A DNA stretch of 64,000 bases from a virus, in the IMG/VR virus record IMGVR_UViG_3300033075_000468. One strand, written 5' to 3'. Under the pieces are notes generated by a model that was not told where the DNA came from, ran no database searches, and saw only the letters and a program-made list of their open reading frames with translations. How positions within the stretch are numbered: position 1 is the first letter of the stretch; each line of letters begins with the position of its first letter. A program made the position numbers and the translations under genes. Of the stretch, positions 29,956 through 40,398 are shown one piece after another.

Positions 29956-30963
29956 TTAGGCGATAGCTGCGTCTGAAACTGCAATATCAGAAATTGTTAC
30001 TGCGGCATCAAGGTTCTCGATCTGGTTCGCAACTCTTGTGTACACTGTGTACTCAATTGCGTCCTTCTTCGGCTTGTACTCACGGTAGACCTTAATCTCA
30101 CGCTGTACACCGACGATCATGTTCTGCGGAATTGTCCACACACCATAACCGTGATCACCTGTTGCACCTGAATAAGAACCATCTACGTCCTCTGGCCACA
30201 GCGGAATTTCAACTGGCTGAACACCGAACGGACGAAGGAAGATTGATCCCCCACCATTACCGGCTACAGCTTCCGAACCGTATGCCTTCTCCTGAAGGTT
30301 CAGGAAGGCACCACCTGTTGCGTCAGTTGTTACGTTCATGAAGTCCTGTAGCAGACCCGGTGACGTGAAGAAACGGAAGTTTCCTCTACGAGAAAGATAC
30401 TTTCTCGGCAGTGTCTTTACAGCCTTGTTGAAGACTGACTTGTTCAGGTTCGCTCCACCAGCAGAAACAACGTGTGCTCCCGCTAGGAATCTCTTGATGA
30501 AGCCATCTAGTGCAGATAGCAGCGCATCACCTGAACCTGTATCACCATTGATGTACAGATCCTCAAGATCGTTTCCAAGCTGTGTTGCCATCAGTCTTGC
30601 TACGTGATCCTCTAGTGCATCGCCCTCAAGGTTATCCTCAAGTGACTCCGTTGTTAGCTCCCAATCCAAACGGATCTTCACTGTTGTCATCGAAATCTTT
30701 GCGAATGTAGGATCTACGTTCTGACCATCATCTGTACCCTCAGTTGCCTTACGAGCTAGACGACGACCGACAGCAATCTTATCAATTTCCATTGCAGGGT
30801 TATTCATCTTAACTCTGCGAACCATTGAGGTTAGCGCTGTCTCGTCCCACATGTAGTCGATAAAGCGGTTAGCCTGCTCTGGCTTAAGAATACCACCGCC
30901 AGCAGCACCAATCGCTGTGGTTGTAAGTACCTTCTCAAGTAGCTCTTCTGTAGTAGCCATCAA
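29956..30963 (-). CDS. Major capsid protein (HK97-like fold).
   Basis: ORF of 335 aa directly downstream of the protease/scaffold gene, with MCP-typical composition and a strong RBS. Confidence 0.65.
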   Translation of the reverse strand: MMATTEELLEKVLTTTAIGAAGGGILKPEQANRFIDYMWDETALTSMVRRVKMNNPAMEIDKIAVGRRLARKATEGTDDGQNVDPTFAKISMTTVKIRLDWELTTESLEDNLEGDALEDHVARLMATQLGNDLEDLYINGDTGSGDALLSALDGFIKRFLAGAHVVSAGGANLNKSVFNKAVKTLPRKYLSRRGNFRFFTSPGLLQDFMNVTTDATGGAFLNLQEKAYGSEAVAGNGGGSIFLRPFGVQPVEIPLWPEDVDGSYSGATGDHGYGVWTIPQNMIVGVQREIKVYREYKPKKDAIEYTVYTRVANQIENLDAAVTISDIAVSDAAIA

Positions 30964-30972
30964 ATCCTCCTA

Positions 30973-32550
30973 TTACTTGCGAAGGAACTCGGGTAGAATT
31001 GTCTCTCCCCAAAATCCTTCGTCACTCTTCTCTAGTTTCTCGCCGGTCTTCCCAGCGTCCTCACCTGACTTCTTCACCGCACCCGAATTCTCAAGTGTGG
31101 TTACACGCTCTACTAGAGCGTCTAGCTCGGTCTTAATCTCTGTCTTGACTGTCTCTACTGCCTCAGCGGTAGCAACCTTCTCAAGAGCCTCGGCAATCTT
31201 TGTTAGCGAGTCGCCAATACCTGTGAACTTCTCGTCCACTGACTTTGTTAGCGCATCTGTTGCCTCATCAATTGCCTTTGTTACATCTTCTGTATTCATT
31301 TCCAGTGTTTCACCTTCCCCTTCTGTTGTTAGTTCCTCACCGGCATTTGACTCAGTGCGAACTTCGTTCCCTTTTAGAAAATCTACGAACTTTCTGAAGA
31401 CACTTCTTTCCTCTTCAGTTAATTCTTGTACACTATTGGTATCAGAATTTTCTTTATCAGTCAAAGTTTCATCCGATTTTTCCATAGTTTGTCCTCCTTT
31501 AGCAGCGATCTTAGCATCTGCTGCGGCCATATCTGCCTTAGCAAGATCATCATTCACTCCATCGAGAGAGTAATACATGGCATCGACGGAATCTGCTGCC
31601 CGCTTATGCTCATACATTTCCGCTCTCATATAAGATCTGACGCTAGCCAAAAGCTCAGAGATACGAGCAACTGCGTACTCATCCTCTTCGTCTATTTCCT
31701 TTTGCCGCCACTTAACCATGGCATCAATAGTCGCCTGAATCTCTGCCTCGCAACACCCGTCCTCATTAGGTGCGTGTGCCGCCTTTTCAATATCAGTTTC
31801 CTCTTCAGTATTCATAACTTCGTCTGCAACAATATCATCTACTTCAACTTCTCCATCAACTGATTTGATTAATGAAATTCTGGCTAATCCATTACACGGC
31901 GCATCAACTAGTGATAGCTCCGTAAGCCTGTACTTTGTGATGCGCCAAACTTGCTTATCAACATCACCAGATTTAACAATAGTCCGCTGCTTTTCTAAAG
32001 TAGCTCCACCAATGCTAAAACCACCGAGGGTGCCGTCCAATACTTTTTGCCAAGTATCTTCAGCACCCTTCGAAATCTTCGCCTCTACCCAAATACCATT
32101 GTATTCTGTTCCGTCATCATCCTTATAGACTTTTGGTTCCCACTTAATGGCTTTACCAACCGCCTGCTTATTATGCATTTCTCTGATGTTTCCGAACCAG
32201 CTACCGAAAGCTTCCTGAGATGCTTCTGCATCAACCAAGTCGCCAGCGTTATCAATGTTATCCAGGGTGGCATAACCTCCGACAATTCTATTCTGAACAT
32301 CTATCTTTGTGATAGGCGAAGAGAATACAAAACCTTTGTCATCAAGTTCTAAATTAATATCCATACTTTTACCCCATTTACCACTTGCTTTTTTTTCGTA
32401 GCCTGCTCTTTTAACAGCGGCCCAAGCTTCTTTCGAAGCCTCTTCTTCCGATTGACCCTCATCTAACGCACCGTTAAAAGCAGTAAGCCATACTTTCTGA
32501 CCTGCTGGTGGTAAAACTCGGGCTGCATCAGGTAACACACCTCTTGGCAT
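30973..32550 (-). CDS. Prohead protease (S78-like) fused to an acidic coiled-coil scaffold domain.
   Basis: IVGGYATLDNIDNAGDLVDAEA..AFGSW resembles the HK97 gp4-type protease block. The C-terminal roughly 250 aa are Glu/Asp/Lys-rich coiled coil. It lies between the portal and capsid genes. Confidence 0.55.
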   Translation of the reverse strand: MPRGVLPDAARVLPPAGQKVWLTAFNGALDEGQSEEEASKEAWAAVKRAGYEKKASGKWGKSMDINLELDDKGFVFSSPITKIDVQNRIVGGYATLDNIDNAGDLVDAEASQEAFGSWFGNIREMHNKQAVGKAIKWEPKVYKDDDGTEYNGIWVEAKISKGAEDTWQKVLDGTLGGFSIGGATLEKQRTIVKSGDVDKQVWRITKYRLTELSLVDAPCNGLARISLIKSVDGEVEVDDIVADEVMNTEEETDIEKAAHAPNEDGCCEAEIQATIDAMVKWRQKEIDEEDEYAVARISELLASVRSYMRAEMYEHKRAADSVDAMYYSLDGVNDDLAKADMAAADAKIAAKGGQTMEKSDETLTDKENSDTNSVQELTEEERSVFRKFVDFLKGNEVRTESNAGEELTTEGEGETLEMNTEDVTKAIDEATDALTKSVDEKFTGIGDSLTKIAEALEKVATAEAVETVKTEIKTELDALVERVTTLENSGAVKKSGEDAGKTGEKLEKSDEGFWGETILPEFLRK

Positions 32551-32586
32551 TCTATTATTAAACTCCTAATATAGCTCTATTGCGAA

Positions 32587-34368
32587 TTAACGCCGAGTAG
32601 ACTTCTCCTGAAATCCACCTGCTGCTTGTGATCCCGCTGCTGCCGTTTCACTCGCTGGCGTTGCTAATGGATTCCCATTTCTAGGTGATCCATCAGTTGT
32701 ATGTCTTCTACGACCTGGCGTTCCAGTCCCACCAGATGACATATCTTTTGCTGGTGCTGGCTTATGAGTTGTTGTCCCGTCAGCATTCTTTGTAGGAATT
32801 AGACCAGCAGTTTTAGCTGACTCATTCGTCATACCAACTTGAGCATCTGCCAAATCAGCCTGAGCAAGTGTCAGTTCAATCTTCGCAGCAGACTCAGCAG
32901 CCATATCTACGAACTTGTCTCCACCCTTGCGGGGGTGACGACCAAGATCTGCTCTTGCTTCGTTGGCGTTTTCTATACCAAGACGAATATACCGATCATG
33001 AATACGTGAATTCGTTTCGGCGTCCAGCAAGTCATACGACTCGAACTCAAATAAATACATATCTGTTTTCTCAGATATGATTCTATTTATCTTCTTAGCT
33101 ACTCTGCGCTGCTCTGGCTGGCAAACCTGTAGCTTGAATGACTTATCTTCTTCTCTTGCTGCCGCTACACCAGCACTAATACCAAGCTTAGACTTTGGAA
33201 CTCTGTGAACCATAGCAATAGATTCTCTATTGCCCGTCCGATATTTTTCGAATGAGCCCTCTTGGACCTTGTTCTCAATGGCCTCAAGTTTTACATCTAC
33301 ATTCGAACCCATGTGCGCTGGCACAGGAATGTAGAGAGTACCGTGGTTCTTGCCCTTGACTTCCTTACGGAAATATTCAAGGATCTTCCGCTCAGCTTGT
33401 GCTGATAGCTTTGCACCCTTGATGATCAAGGCGTATCTAGGAACAGCCTTGTTCTCGAAATAATCTAGATTGTACTCAGAAGCGAACTTCTCGCCCGCAA
33501 CTGAAGACATGGCAGCAATAATATCCGGCACTCCATAGTATGCATTCTTTGGGGAATGCTTCTTGAAATGGATAACCTCATTAGGACGTGTGTCCTGCCC
33601 GAAATAGTCAGGAGTTGTGCGATCACCAAAGTTTCTAAAGAAAGTTATAGCGTCTTGTACAATCTGAATAAATCCATCACGTTCCTTACGGACACGCATG
33701 GTCGCTGCCGGAATATGACCAATATAGCCAATCTCTCCGTTGTTCTTACGACCGACCTCTAGATAGCCATTTCCTGTAGCCTCTACGTCAATCCAAACCT
33801 TATAGAGAATTTCATTGAAATCCTCATCGTCATTTAGATCCTCTACCCACTCAGTCAAAGAATCTGTAATACGCTGAAGCTTACGAGAGAGCTTTTTCAT
33901 CGCATCATCATCGTCTTCTACTTCAGCACGGGCTGACTTAACCTTAGACTTCTCAGCCCACTTGAATCCCAATCCCACAATATTTATTGCTTTGGTTACC
34001 GAACAAGCGTAGTGAGTATCATTTTCACACGATAGCTCGACTAACTGGTCCAGGTTGTATGGAGGGGTAGCTAACTCATATAGCTCATACCCATTGATCT
34101 GATCAATTGTTACAGACTTACCAAACGCACCATCCCGCTTCATCTTGCGGGTAAGTCTACGACGAGAGTTTCTATCGACCATCTCGTATGGAACATTGGC
34201 GAATCTATCTCCACCAAAAATATACTTCTTTAGCTCTTGCTGATATCCTGGGATTATTTCTCCCTCTAGGCGCACATCACCAATGACATTATGATTTCCA
34301 CCATCATCAGTGAAACCATCCCATGTCTCTTCATCTTCATCTATATCTACTGCTCTAGCTCTGGCCAT
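32587..34368 (-). CDS. Portal protein.
   Basis: ORF of 593 aa upstream of the protease/scaffold and capsid genes. It has no Walker A motif, which argues against terminase. Its C-terminus is disordered and basic/Gly-rich. Confidence 0.55.
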   Translation of the reverse strand: MARARAVDIDEDEETWDGFTDDGGNHNVIGDVRLEGEIIPGYQQELKKYIFGGDRFANVPYEMVDRNSRRRLTRKMKRDGAFGKSVTIDQINGYELYELATPPYNLDQLVELSCENDTHYACSVTKAINIVGLGFKWAEKSKVKSARAEVEDDDDAMKKLSRKLQRITDSLTEWVEDLNDDEDFNEILYKVWIDVEATGNGYLEVGRKNNGEIGYIGHIPAATMRVRKERDGFIQIVQDAITFFRNFGDRTTPDYFGQDTRPNEVIHFKKHSPKNAYYGVPDIIAAMSSVAGEKFASEYNLDYFENKAVPRYALIIKGAKLSAQAERKILEYFRKEVKGKNHGTLYIPVPAHMGSNVDVKLEAIENKVQEGSFEKYRTGNRESIAMVHRVPKSKLGISAGVAAAREEDKSFKLQVCQPEQRRVAKKINRIISEKTDMYLFEFESYDLLDAETNSRIHDRYIRLGIENANEARADLGRHPRKGGDKFVDMAAESAAKIELTLAQADLADAQVGMTNESAKTAGLIPTKNADGTTTHKPAPAKDMSSGGTGTPGRRRHTTDGSPRNGNPLATPASETAAAGSQAAGGFQEKSTRR

Positions 34369-34684
34369 TTTCTGTGTTCTGTAGATACAGGTCTACAGCA
34401 TCAGGCACCTTCCCGTCCATAAATCTATCCATTTGGTCTTCCCATTCAGATTGAGTAATCTTTCTAAAGCCGGGGAACCAAGCTGGCTTCCCTGTAGTTA
34501 TACCTAGATGCTTAACAGCATCTCTCATTCGTTTTTCAATATTAAGATTACCTATCTTGCCCTGAGCACAGAAGTAATCTCCTTCAGTATTCTTAACATA
34601 TGAACCGTCCGGCATCTGCCAAACACAGACACCAAATCCTACGTCTACGTGTTCAGTTCTCTGCTTTGGTACCAATATACCCAT
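34355..34684 (-). CDS. Hypothetical protein; start trimmed to the Met that has an RBS.
   Basis: AGGAG lies 6 nt upstream of the ATG at 34684. The ORF overlaps the portal gene start. Confidence 0.35.
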   Translation of the reverse strand: MGILVPKQRTEHVDVGFGVCVWQMPDGSYVKNTEGDYFCAQGKIGNLNIEKRMRDAVKHLGITTGKPAWFPGFRKITQSEWEDQMDRFMDGKVPDAVDLYLQNTENGQS

Positions 34685-34721
34685 AATAACTCCTAAACCA
34701 TAATAAGATGATCTAGGTATA

Positions 34722-34755
34722 ATAGCAAAAAGCCGCACCTAATGGTACGGCTGAT
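34722..34755 (-). terminator. Putative intrinsic terminator downstream of the glycosyltransferase gene.
   Basis: On the minus strand the sequence folds as a hairpin (cagccg...cggctt) followed by a TTTTTG run. Confidence 0.4.
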
Positions 34756-34781
34756 GCAAAATTTGATTGAAAATGGTCAGG

Positions 34782-35762
34782 CTATGACACAGTATTCAAA
34801 ATTCTCTCCACTGCTAGGTCTGCTATGAAGTCCCAATCAAACTTTTCATAGAGCGCAGCAGTCTGTCTATACTGAAACTGAGCATATTTGCTGTAGTCAG
34901 CAATCATCATCTCCATTAGATATATAAGTTCATCCATATCATGTTGAAGCCATTCGCCAGGATGAATCCTCTGCTCTGTTGATTTTACCCACTCAGAATT
35001 ATAGAGAACACCAGCGGCATAGTCAGTAAAATCTCCCATTCCATATCTAGGAATTATAGTGGGAAGACCTGTCGCCATAGCCTCAAGAGGTATCAGCCCG
35101 AAACCTTCTCCCCTAGAGGGATAGACCAAACAATGACATTGATGATACAGTTCCACCATTTGTTGTTGAGTCATTATTTGATCATAGACTTTAACCTTCG
35201 GTCCAGCACTTGTTGGAGCCGAAAGAATATGTCCTTTAGCATCTTTCGCTCTACACCATGGAGAGCCTATAGATTTGAAGACTAGATTTACATCTTTGTT
35301 ATGTCTGAAATGGTGATACCAAGCATTGAAGAATATATCCCCACCCTTTCTTACTGCTGGTTCTCCAACATGCAAAAAGGTAAACGGCCCATCCCGTTTC
35401 ATAGTTCTAACCTTGGGTTGCTTCCATACTTCATCTATTCCATGCGGTAATACAAATACTTCTTTTCCATCTGTATATCGCTGGAAGGTTTCCTTAACCC
35501 ATGACGAAGTAGTCCATAGATCATCCACGCCCCGTAGAGGCAAAACCCAATTCTTAGGAACTTCAGTAGACTCCCAAGGAGTGTAACCAATCGTCCAGCC
35601 ATCACCAACATCATAATCCGGTGGCATACAAAAGTTCAACTGTATACCAGAGTCGGGGAGTATTTCTACTCCCCGACGTTCCAGCGCACCTACTAGTGAT
35701 TTCGATGCTCCCCCATACCCTGTGTGTTCACCTATTACAATACTTTTAAATGCTAAGTCCAT
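34782..35762 (-). CDS. Glycosyltransferase, GT4 family.
   Basis: It carries the EGFGLIPLEAMATGLP (E-x7-E) motif. It is paralogous to the gene at 39087-40133. Confidence 0.8.
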   Translation of the reverse strand: MDLAFKSIVIGEHTGYGGASKSLVGALERRGVEILPDSGIQLNFCMPPDYDVGDGWTIGYTPWESTEVPKNWVLPLRGVDDLWTTSSWVKETFQRYTDGKEVFVLPHGIDEVWKQPKVRTMKRDGPFTFLHVGEPAVRKGGDIFFNAWYHHFRHNKDVNLVFKSIGSPWCRAKDAKGHILSAPTSAGPKVKVYDQIMTQQQMVELYHQCHCLVYPSRGEGFGLIPLEAMATGLPTIIPRYGMGDFTDYAAGVLYNSEWVKSTEQRIHPGEWLQHDMDELIYLMEMMIADYSKYAQFQYRQTAALYEKFDWDFIADLAVERILNTVS

Positions 35763-35946
35763 AAATCATTTTCGTTCTGTGAAACAGGGTCTTTTCCCTA
35801 CATACCTCGCATGGAAGATGGATATCTTCCAACATACAGTTTTTAAGCTCTAACTCAAATTCTTCGCATTCTTGGCATTCATACACTGCGAGGAAATGTA
35901 GAGGATAGTTAGACATTATTTCTCCGGGCACCCATTCGGACCACAA
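35746..35946 (-). CDS. Small Zn-ribbon protein.
   Basis: ORF of 66 aa with CQECEE...CEVCREK. Confidence 0.3.
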   Translation of the reverse strand: MWSEWVPGEIMSNYPLHFLAVYECQECEEFELELKNCMLEDIHLPCEVCREKTLFHRTKMIYGLSI

Positions 35947-38900
35947 GCTAGCTCTCCTGAGCCAGTAGTTGCGACGTACTCATAAAGTTCATACTCCGCT
36001 CTCGAAATACGCTCATATGGAGACTGTGGTCTTGACCCGTCAATCATAATGGTTGTTCCCTTTAGGTTTGGTAGATAATGAATAATTGTTTGCTTTGCCC
36101 GCTCGACAGTTTCAAAGGATGGAGGACCAACCTTTAGTGCCCATGCTGGCACATCGTTCTCTATTTGCTTAGCAAGAAATTCACGTTGTCTTTGATCAGG
36201 CTCAATGTTTACAGTAAAGCTAATTGCATTGTCTGCATAGCACTCTTGAACCATTGCTTGAATAGCTAAGAAATCTGTGAGGGAAACATCTTGTGCCCCC
36301 TCAACTAGATCAGCATCAAAGCCCAAAGCTTCAACTTCAGCTACTAGCGGGTCCTTAACATAGAATGTTACTACCTTTGTATTAACCGTATAGATATCAT
36401 CTTCAATCTCATAACCTTGAGCAGCTAGCTCAATGAGTTTAGGTGAATCTGCGGAATACCGTACTCTTCGCTTAAAATAAGGTGAGTAAGTTGTTTGTAT
36501 AGATTCGGTTGCTCCTGGCAATTTTGCAATTGTTCCAGTAGGAGCAAGAGTAGTTCCCTTAATTGGAATTGGGATTCTAAGTTGGTGAGCATAACGAATC
36601 TTTTCCTTATCTACTACGGCCTTCCAATCCCGCAAAGTCTTACGAACATTACGGTCACGGTGTGAGTCGCTATAGCGTAGACCTTGCTTCACCAGCCATG
36701 CCTGATAACCAAAAAATCCAACACCGATACGACGATTACGATCCACTACCTCACGCTGCAACGGATTTGGAACATCTCCAAATGTTGCTCTCATGAGGAA
36801 TCTCGTCATTAATCTGAAGGCTTCTTTTGAACCCTCGAAATCGTTATAGAATGCAGAGACATTGACATGACCCAAGTTGCAATTTTCCCATGGCTCCAAT
36901 GCGATTTCCCCGCAATTATGAACATATAAACCATTTGCATCAAATGCATTTATACCAGGAACTTGAGCATCATATACTTCTTGTTCCCCAATATATTCTA
37001 ATGAATTGAAGGTCGCTGTCCACGGCTTCGAATAAAAGCCACGCTTCATCAATTTAACAGAATCATAGAACTTATTGGACTTATTATCATTTACGAAGCC
37101 GATAATATCCATAAATCTTTCTGAGTCAGATGTGATTATGAGTCTCCAATTATCCTTCGTCCAGTAATCAGCTAATCCTCCATGACCATCGGGCATGGCT
37201 TTAAATCCAGCGGGGCGGGCATGATTTATCTTTGATCTTATACCAAAATTGAGAAGCATCTTCTGTACCGTCTGTAATCTCTCAAAATTAGATTGTGACA
37301 ATCTTATTGAAATACCTCCGTCAGTAGACGATCCCTCCACATGTCCGTCAGTATCAAATAGACCTCGTAGTAATCCTTTCTGGAAATCTGAACTTGTCTT
37401 AGTTATCAAATGATCAAAATCTTTTGTCCCAACTGGCAAATACTCAGATATAATATCAGCCTTAAGCTCATATCTTTCAGTGCCCTTATACCAGCCACCA
37501 CTATTTACACATATAGAAAGATATTGACGCACACCTATCTCAGCAATATCCTCGCCCCAAGAGCAAAGTAAAGGTCTGCTATTGCTCCAAGTACCATCGC
37601 CAACGAAATGCCCTATGGCATATCCGTCTAGCTCTGATCCCTGTCCACCCCAATCTGCTTCAACTTCATGGTTATGGAGCATAATCTTATCTCCATGGCG
37701 CAAGGACCCTGCTTCTATCCAACCTTCTTCCGTCATGACCTTGTGATCGTATGTAAGATTAAGCTCATATCCTTCTAACGTTGATAGTGTGTATACAGGC
37801 TTAACACCAGTTGAAAAGAATCCATCAGTCTTGTATGGCTTACCATCAACCATCATATAACATGGACGGTTTAAATATTCGTCCACCCGCCTTGGACCAT
37901 TTTGGGTAAGGACTAATGTATCTCCTGTTACGCAAGGGTTGGTCGAACCAACATCTCCCAATTCTCCGACAGAGGCCAACGATATATTATAGAATCCAGG
38001 CTCGCCATTCTCGAACATTCCTTCTATTACTTTTTGATATACTTCTTGTGCATGTTCATGATATCCATGCCGCTTGCTCTTTAGAGCTACAAAAAAATCA
38101 TCATCAATCTCTACCGAGATATTTGTAGACCAATGCTCACCAGAGTCCTTCTTGCAATCAATGAACTCAAAGATATCATGGTCAATCCAAGACTTGATTG
38201 ACATACGTGCGCTTCTACGCACATTTCCTGCCACTACACACTCAGCGATACGATGATCAATAAGCATGTTCTCTAGAGAAGTAAGCTTTCTTCCCACCGT
38301 ATTATTCAATACTTCACAAATCTTATGAAGCATTATAGCTAATGCTATTGGTCCTGACGCAGTTCCACCGAACCCACGAATAGGAGAATTCTTTTCTCTA
38401 ACATTAGATACGTCTAGAACAAGAGTGTTGTATCCCTGTGCTCCATCTACTGTTGAGCCAACCAATAGTTGACGTAGGGCTTCTACCCAGCCCTCTCTTG
38501 AATCATCAATACGCTCCGCTCCATCCCAAAGATGGGAGAAATCCTTTGAGATTACTCCTGCATCTACCATGTCCTGATAATCAGGATGGGCTGGATTGCA
38601 TGTCACATGGACACTGATTGGATTCAGAATAGGTGGTTGTTCCGTTAAATAACGATTGGAGTAGTTTGCTCCTACTCCACCACCCTTCATTAATTCATCA
38701 AATGCAAACGTAAAATGTGTTGACAGCGTATTATCAAACGCTGCCCTGTGACAGTTAAACAAGAACTGTCTCCCCGGCACACCTGAAACCCATAGGTGTC
38801 TTCCTGCCGGAATCATCTTGAAGTTATAGATCAAATCAAATAACTTCTGCTTCTCATCAGGCTCAATATACTTTGATGCTACTAGCCCGGTATTTCCTTC

Positions 38901-39017
38901 TACTACTCTGCGAACTGTGTCTTCCCAAGTCTCGTTCTCGCCGTTCGCTTTGACTCGCATGTACGTGCGCTCATAGACCTCCTGGCCTATGGGACCCCAC
39001 TTAATGCCTTCAGGCAT
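35916..39017 (-). CDS. nrdJ: Ribonucleotide reductase class II (adenosylcobalamin-dependent NrdJ) interrupted by an intein.
   Basis: The extein junction reads GSTNP|C...HN|CGEIALEPWENCNLGHVNVS, which reconstitutes the class II active-site NPCGEI motif. The intervening segment begins with Cys, ends with His-Asn, and is followed by Cys. Confidence 0.9.
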   Translation of the reverse strand: MPEGIKWGPIGQEVYERTYMRVKANGENETWEDTVRRVVEGNTGLVASKYIEPDEKQKLFDLIYNFKMIPAGRHLWVSGVPGRQFLFNCHRAAFDNTLSTHFTFAFDELMKGGGVGANYSNRYLTEQPPILNPISVHVTCNPAHPDYQDMVDAGVISKDFSHLWDGAERIDDSREGWVEALRQLLVGSTVDGAQGYNTLVLDVSNVREKNSPIRGFGGTASGPIALAIMLHKICEVLNNTVGRKLTSLENMLIDHRIAECVVAGNVRRSARMSIKSWIDHDIFEFIDCKKDSGEHWSTNISVEIDDDFFVALKSKRHGYHEHAQEVYQKVIEGMFENGEPGFYNISLASVGELGDVGSTNPCVTGDTLVLTQNGPRRVDEYLNRPCYMMVDGKPYKTDGFFSTGVKPVYTLSTLEGYELNLTYDHKVMTEEGWIEAGSLRHGDKIMLHNHEVEADWGGQGSELDGYAIGHFVGDGTWSNSRPLLCSWGEDIAEIGVRQYLSICVNSGGWYKGTERYELKADIISEYLPVGTKDFDHLITKTSSDFQKGLLRGLFDTDGHVEGSSTDGGISIRLSQSNFERLQTVQKMLLNFGIRSKINHARPAGFKAMPDGHGGLADYWTKDNWRLIITSDSERFMDIIGFVNDNKSNKFYDSVKLMKRGFYSKPWTATFNSLEYIGEQEVYDAQVPGINAFDANGLYVHNCGEIALEPWENCNLGHVNVSAFYNDFEGSKEAFRLMTRFLMRATFGDVPNPLQREVVDRNRRIGVGFFGYQAWLVKQGLRYSDSHRDRNVRKTLRDWKAVVDKEKIRYAHQLRIPIPIKGTTLAPTGTIAKLPGATESIQTTYSPYFKRRVRYSADSPKLIELAAQGYEIEDDIYTVNTKVVTFYVKDPLVAEVEALGFDADLVEGAQDVSLTDFLAIQAMVQECYADNAISFTVNIEPDQRQREFLAKQIENDVPAWALKVGPPSFETVERAKQTIIHYLPNLKGTTIMIDGSRPQSPYERISRAEYELYEYVATTGSGELACGPNGCPEK
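36924..37934 (-). other. Intein with a LAGLIDADG homing-endonuclease domain inside nrdJ.
   Basis: It has an N-terminal CVTGDT, C-terminal LYVHN with Cys at +1, and internal YAIGHFVGDG and LLRGLFDTDGHV LAGLIDADG blocks. Coordinates come from the junction codons read in the DNA and carry roughly +/-9 nt uncertainty: the DNA junctions give a 337-aa intein, whereas counting residues in the ORF-track protein gave 340. Confidence 0.8.
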
Positions 39018-39086
39018 ACATGACCAACTCCCTTTGTCGATTTATATAAGGGATTCATTCTATCTCTGTGACTCTTTGCGATCCAG

Positions 39087-40133
39087 TCACTTCAGATTTT
39101 CGATCATGTATTCTACGGCGAGCCTTGCCTGGTTGTCCCAAGACCAGTACGCTTCATTTTTCGTTGCTTTATCAAAGGCTAAATTGAAGAACTGTTCAGG
39201 GTAATCATAGAAAGCACAGAACCATCTATGCACGTCTTCTAGGCTAGGTTCACACCATTGTCCTAGATGCGGTTCATAATCACAGTCTGTCATTTTCCAT
39301 GCCCGAATTGGGAAACATCTCTCTATATAATCGGCAGGACCAGACCATTCTGTTACTGCTGTTGGTATACCCATGCTGGCAGCTTGAAAAGGAACAAGCC
39401 CGAAGCCCTCTCCTTTGCACGGATAAATCATTCCATGACATGACTGGTATAACTCAAGCATTTCTTCATGCGAGTATTTATCACGGATGACTGTGATGTT
39501 CTTACGTTGAGGTAGCGAGTCGAATTTATATCCCTTTAGTATTAGCTGAACGTCTGAGTTGTTCTCATGAAATGTATCACAGAAAACCTCTACGACTTCT
39601 TTTGCTCCCTTTCGTGGAGCATGCCCACCTATGTGTAGATATCGAAACTGTTCCGTTACCGGAATAGTTTCAAAAGCATCAGGCCCAAGCTTCTTTAGCA
39701 CACGTTTCGATACAGGAAAGTCATTGCGATCTATACCATGATGCAATACTCTAACCGGCACGTCTAAGTAGCGTTCAAAGACACGCTTCATCTCTTCACA
39801 CATAGTCCAGATTTCATCCATCTGGTTCATATAGTGTACCCAGCTTTTAGGAATTTCAGTTGATTCCCAAGCCGTATAACCTATGTTTAGTTTGCCTTCA
39901 ACTCTGTCATGATAGAAAGGTGGTTGACCCATACTAAATAGTATTGGAGCAGTATCATCGTTAGCCCATACGGGTATTCCCATACGTTGCCAGGCTTGTA
40001 TGAGTCTGATTGCGGCATAACCATATCCATCATTTATACCTACTCCCCAAAGCGGACCAAAGAATCCGATGTTACTTACTAGTTTCGAATAGTTTTGCAA
40101 ATTCAGCGTCGAAATTTTCTTTGAAGTCATCAA
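39087..40133 (-). CDS. Glycosyltransferase, GT4 family; second paralog.
   Basis: It carries GEGFGLVPFQAASMGIP, and its N-terminal half aligns with the 34782-35762 protein (IGYTxWESTExPKxW). Confidence 0.8.
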   Translation of the reverse strand: MMTSKKISTLNLQNYSKLVSNIGFFGPLWGVGINDGYGYAAIRLIQAWQRMGIPVWANDDTAPILFSMGQPPFYHDRVEGKLNIGYTAWESTEIPKSWVHYMNQMDEIWTMCEEMKRVFERYLDVPVRVLHHGIDRNDFPVSKRVLKKLGPDAFETIPVTEQFRYLHIGGHAPRKGAKEVVEVFCDTFHENNSDVQLILKGYKFDSLPQRKNITVIRDKYSHEEMLELYQSCHGMIYPCKGEGFGLVPFQAASMGIPTAVTEWSGPADYIERCFPIRAWKMTDCDYEPHLGQWCEPSLEDVHRWFCAFYDYPEQFFNLAFDKATKNEAYWSWDNQARLAVEYMIENLK

Positions 40134-40383
40134 TTTCTTTCTCGGTTATCTTTGTAAACTTTTCACTCAAGGATAGTACCTTTACTCCCCGCTTCCTAAA
40201 GTTGGACACATGATCCCATGTTAGTTTTGTTTCAACTTTATTCTTGCACTTAGCACACGTTACTTGAGCTATTGGGTACTCATCATCTGGATGAGCCCAA
40301 ATTTTAATCTGCTTTGTTTTATTAATATAGGTGACATGCTTACACTTGTCACACTCGACAAACCCTATGTATGGCACAGTCAA
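40072..40383 (-). CDS. Small Zn-finger protein.
   Basis: ORF of 103 aa with CDKCKH...CAKCKNK. Confidence 0.35.
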   Translation of the reverse strand: MTVPYIGFVECDKCKHVTYINKTKQIKIWAHPDDEYPIAQVTCAKCKNKVETKLTWDHVSNFRKRGVKVLSLSEKFTKITEKEIDDFKENFDAEFAKLFETSK

Positions 40384-40398
40384 AGTATAACTCTTTTC

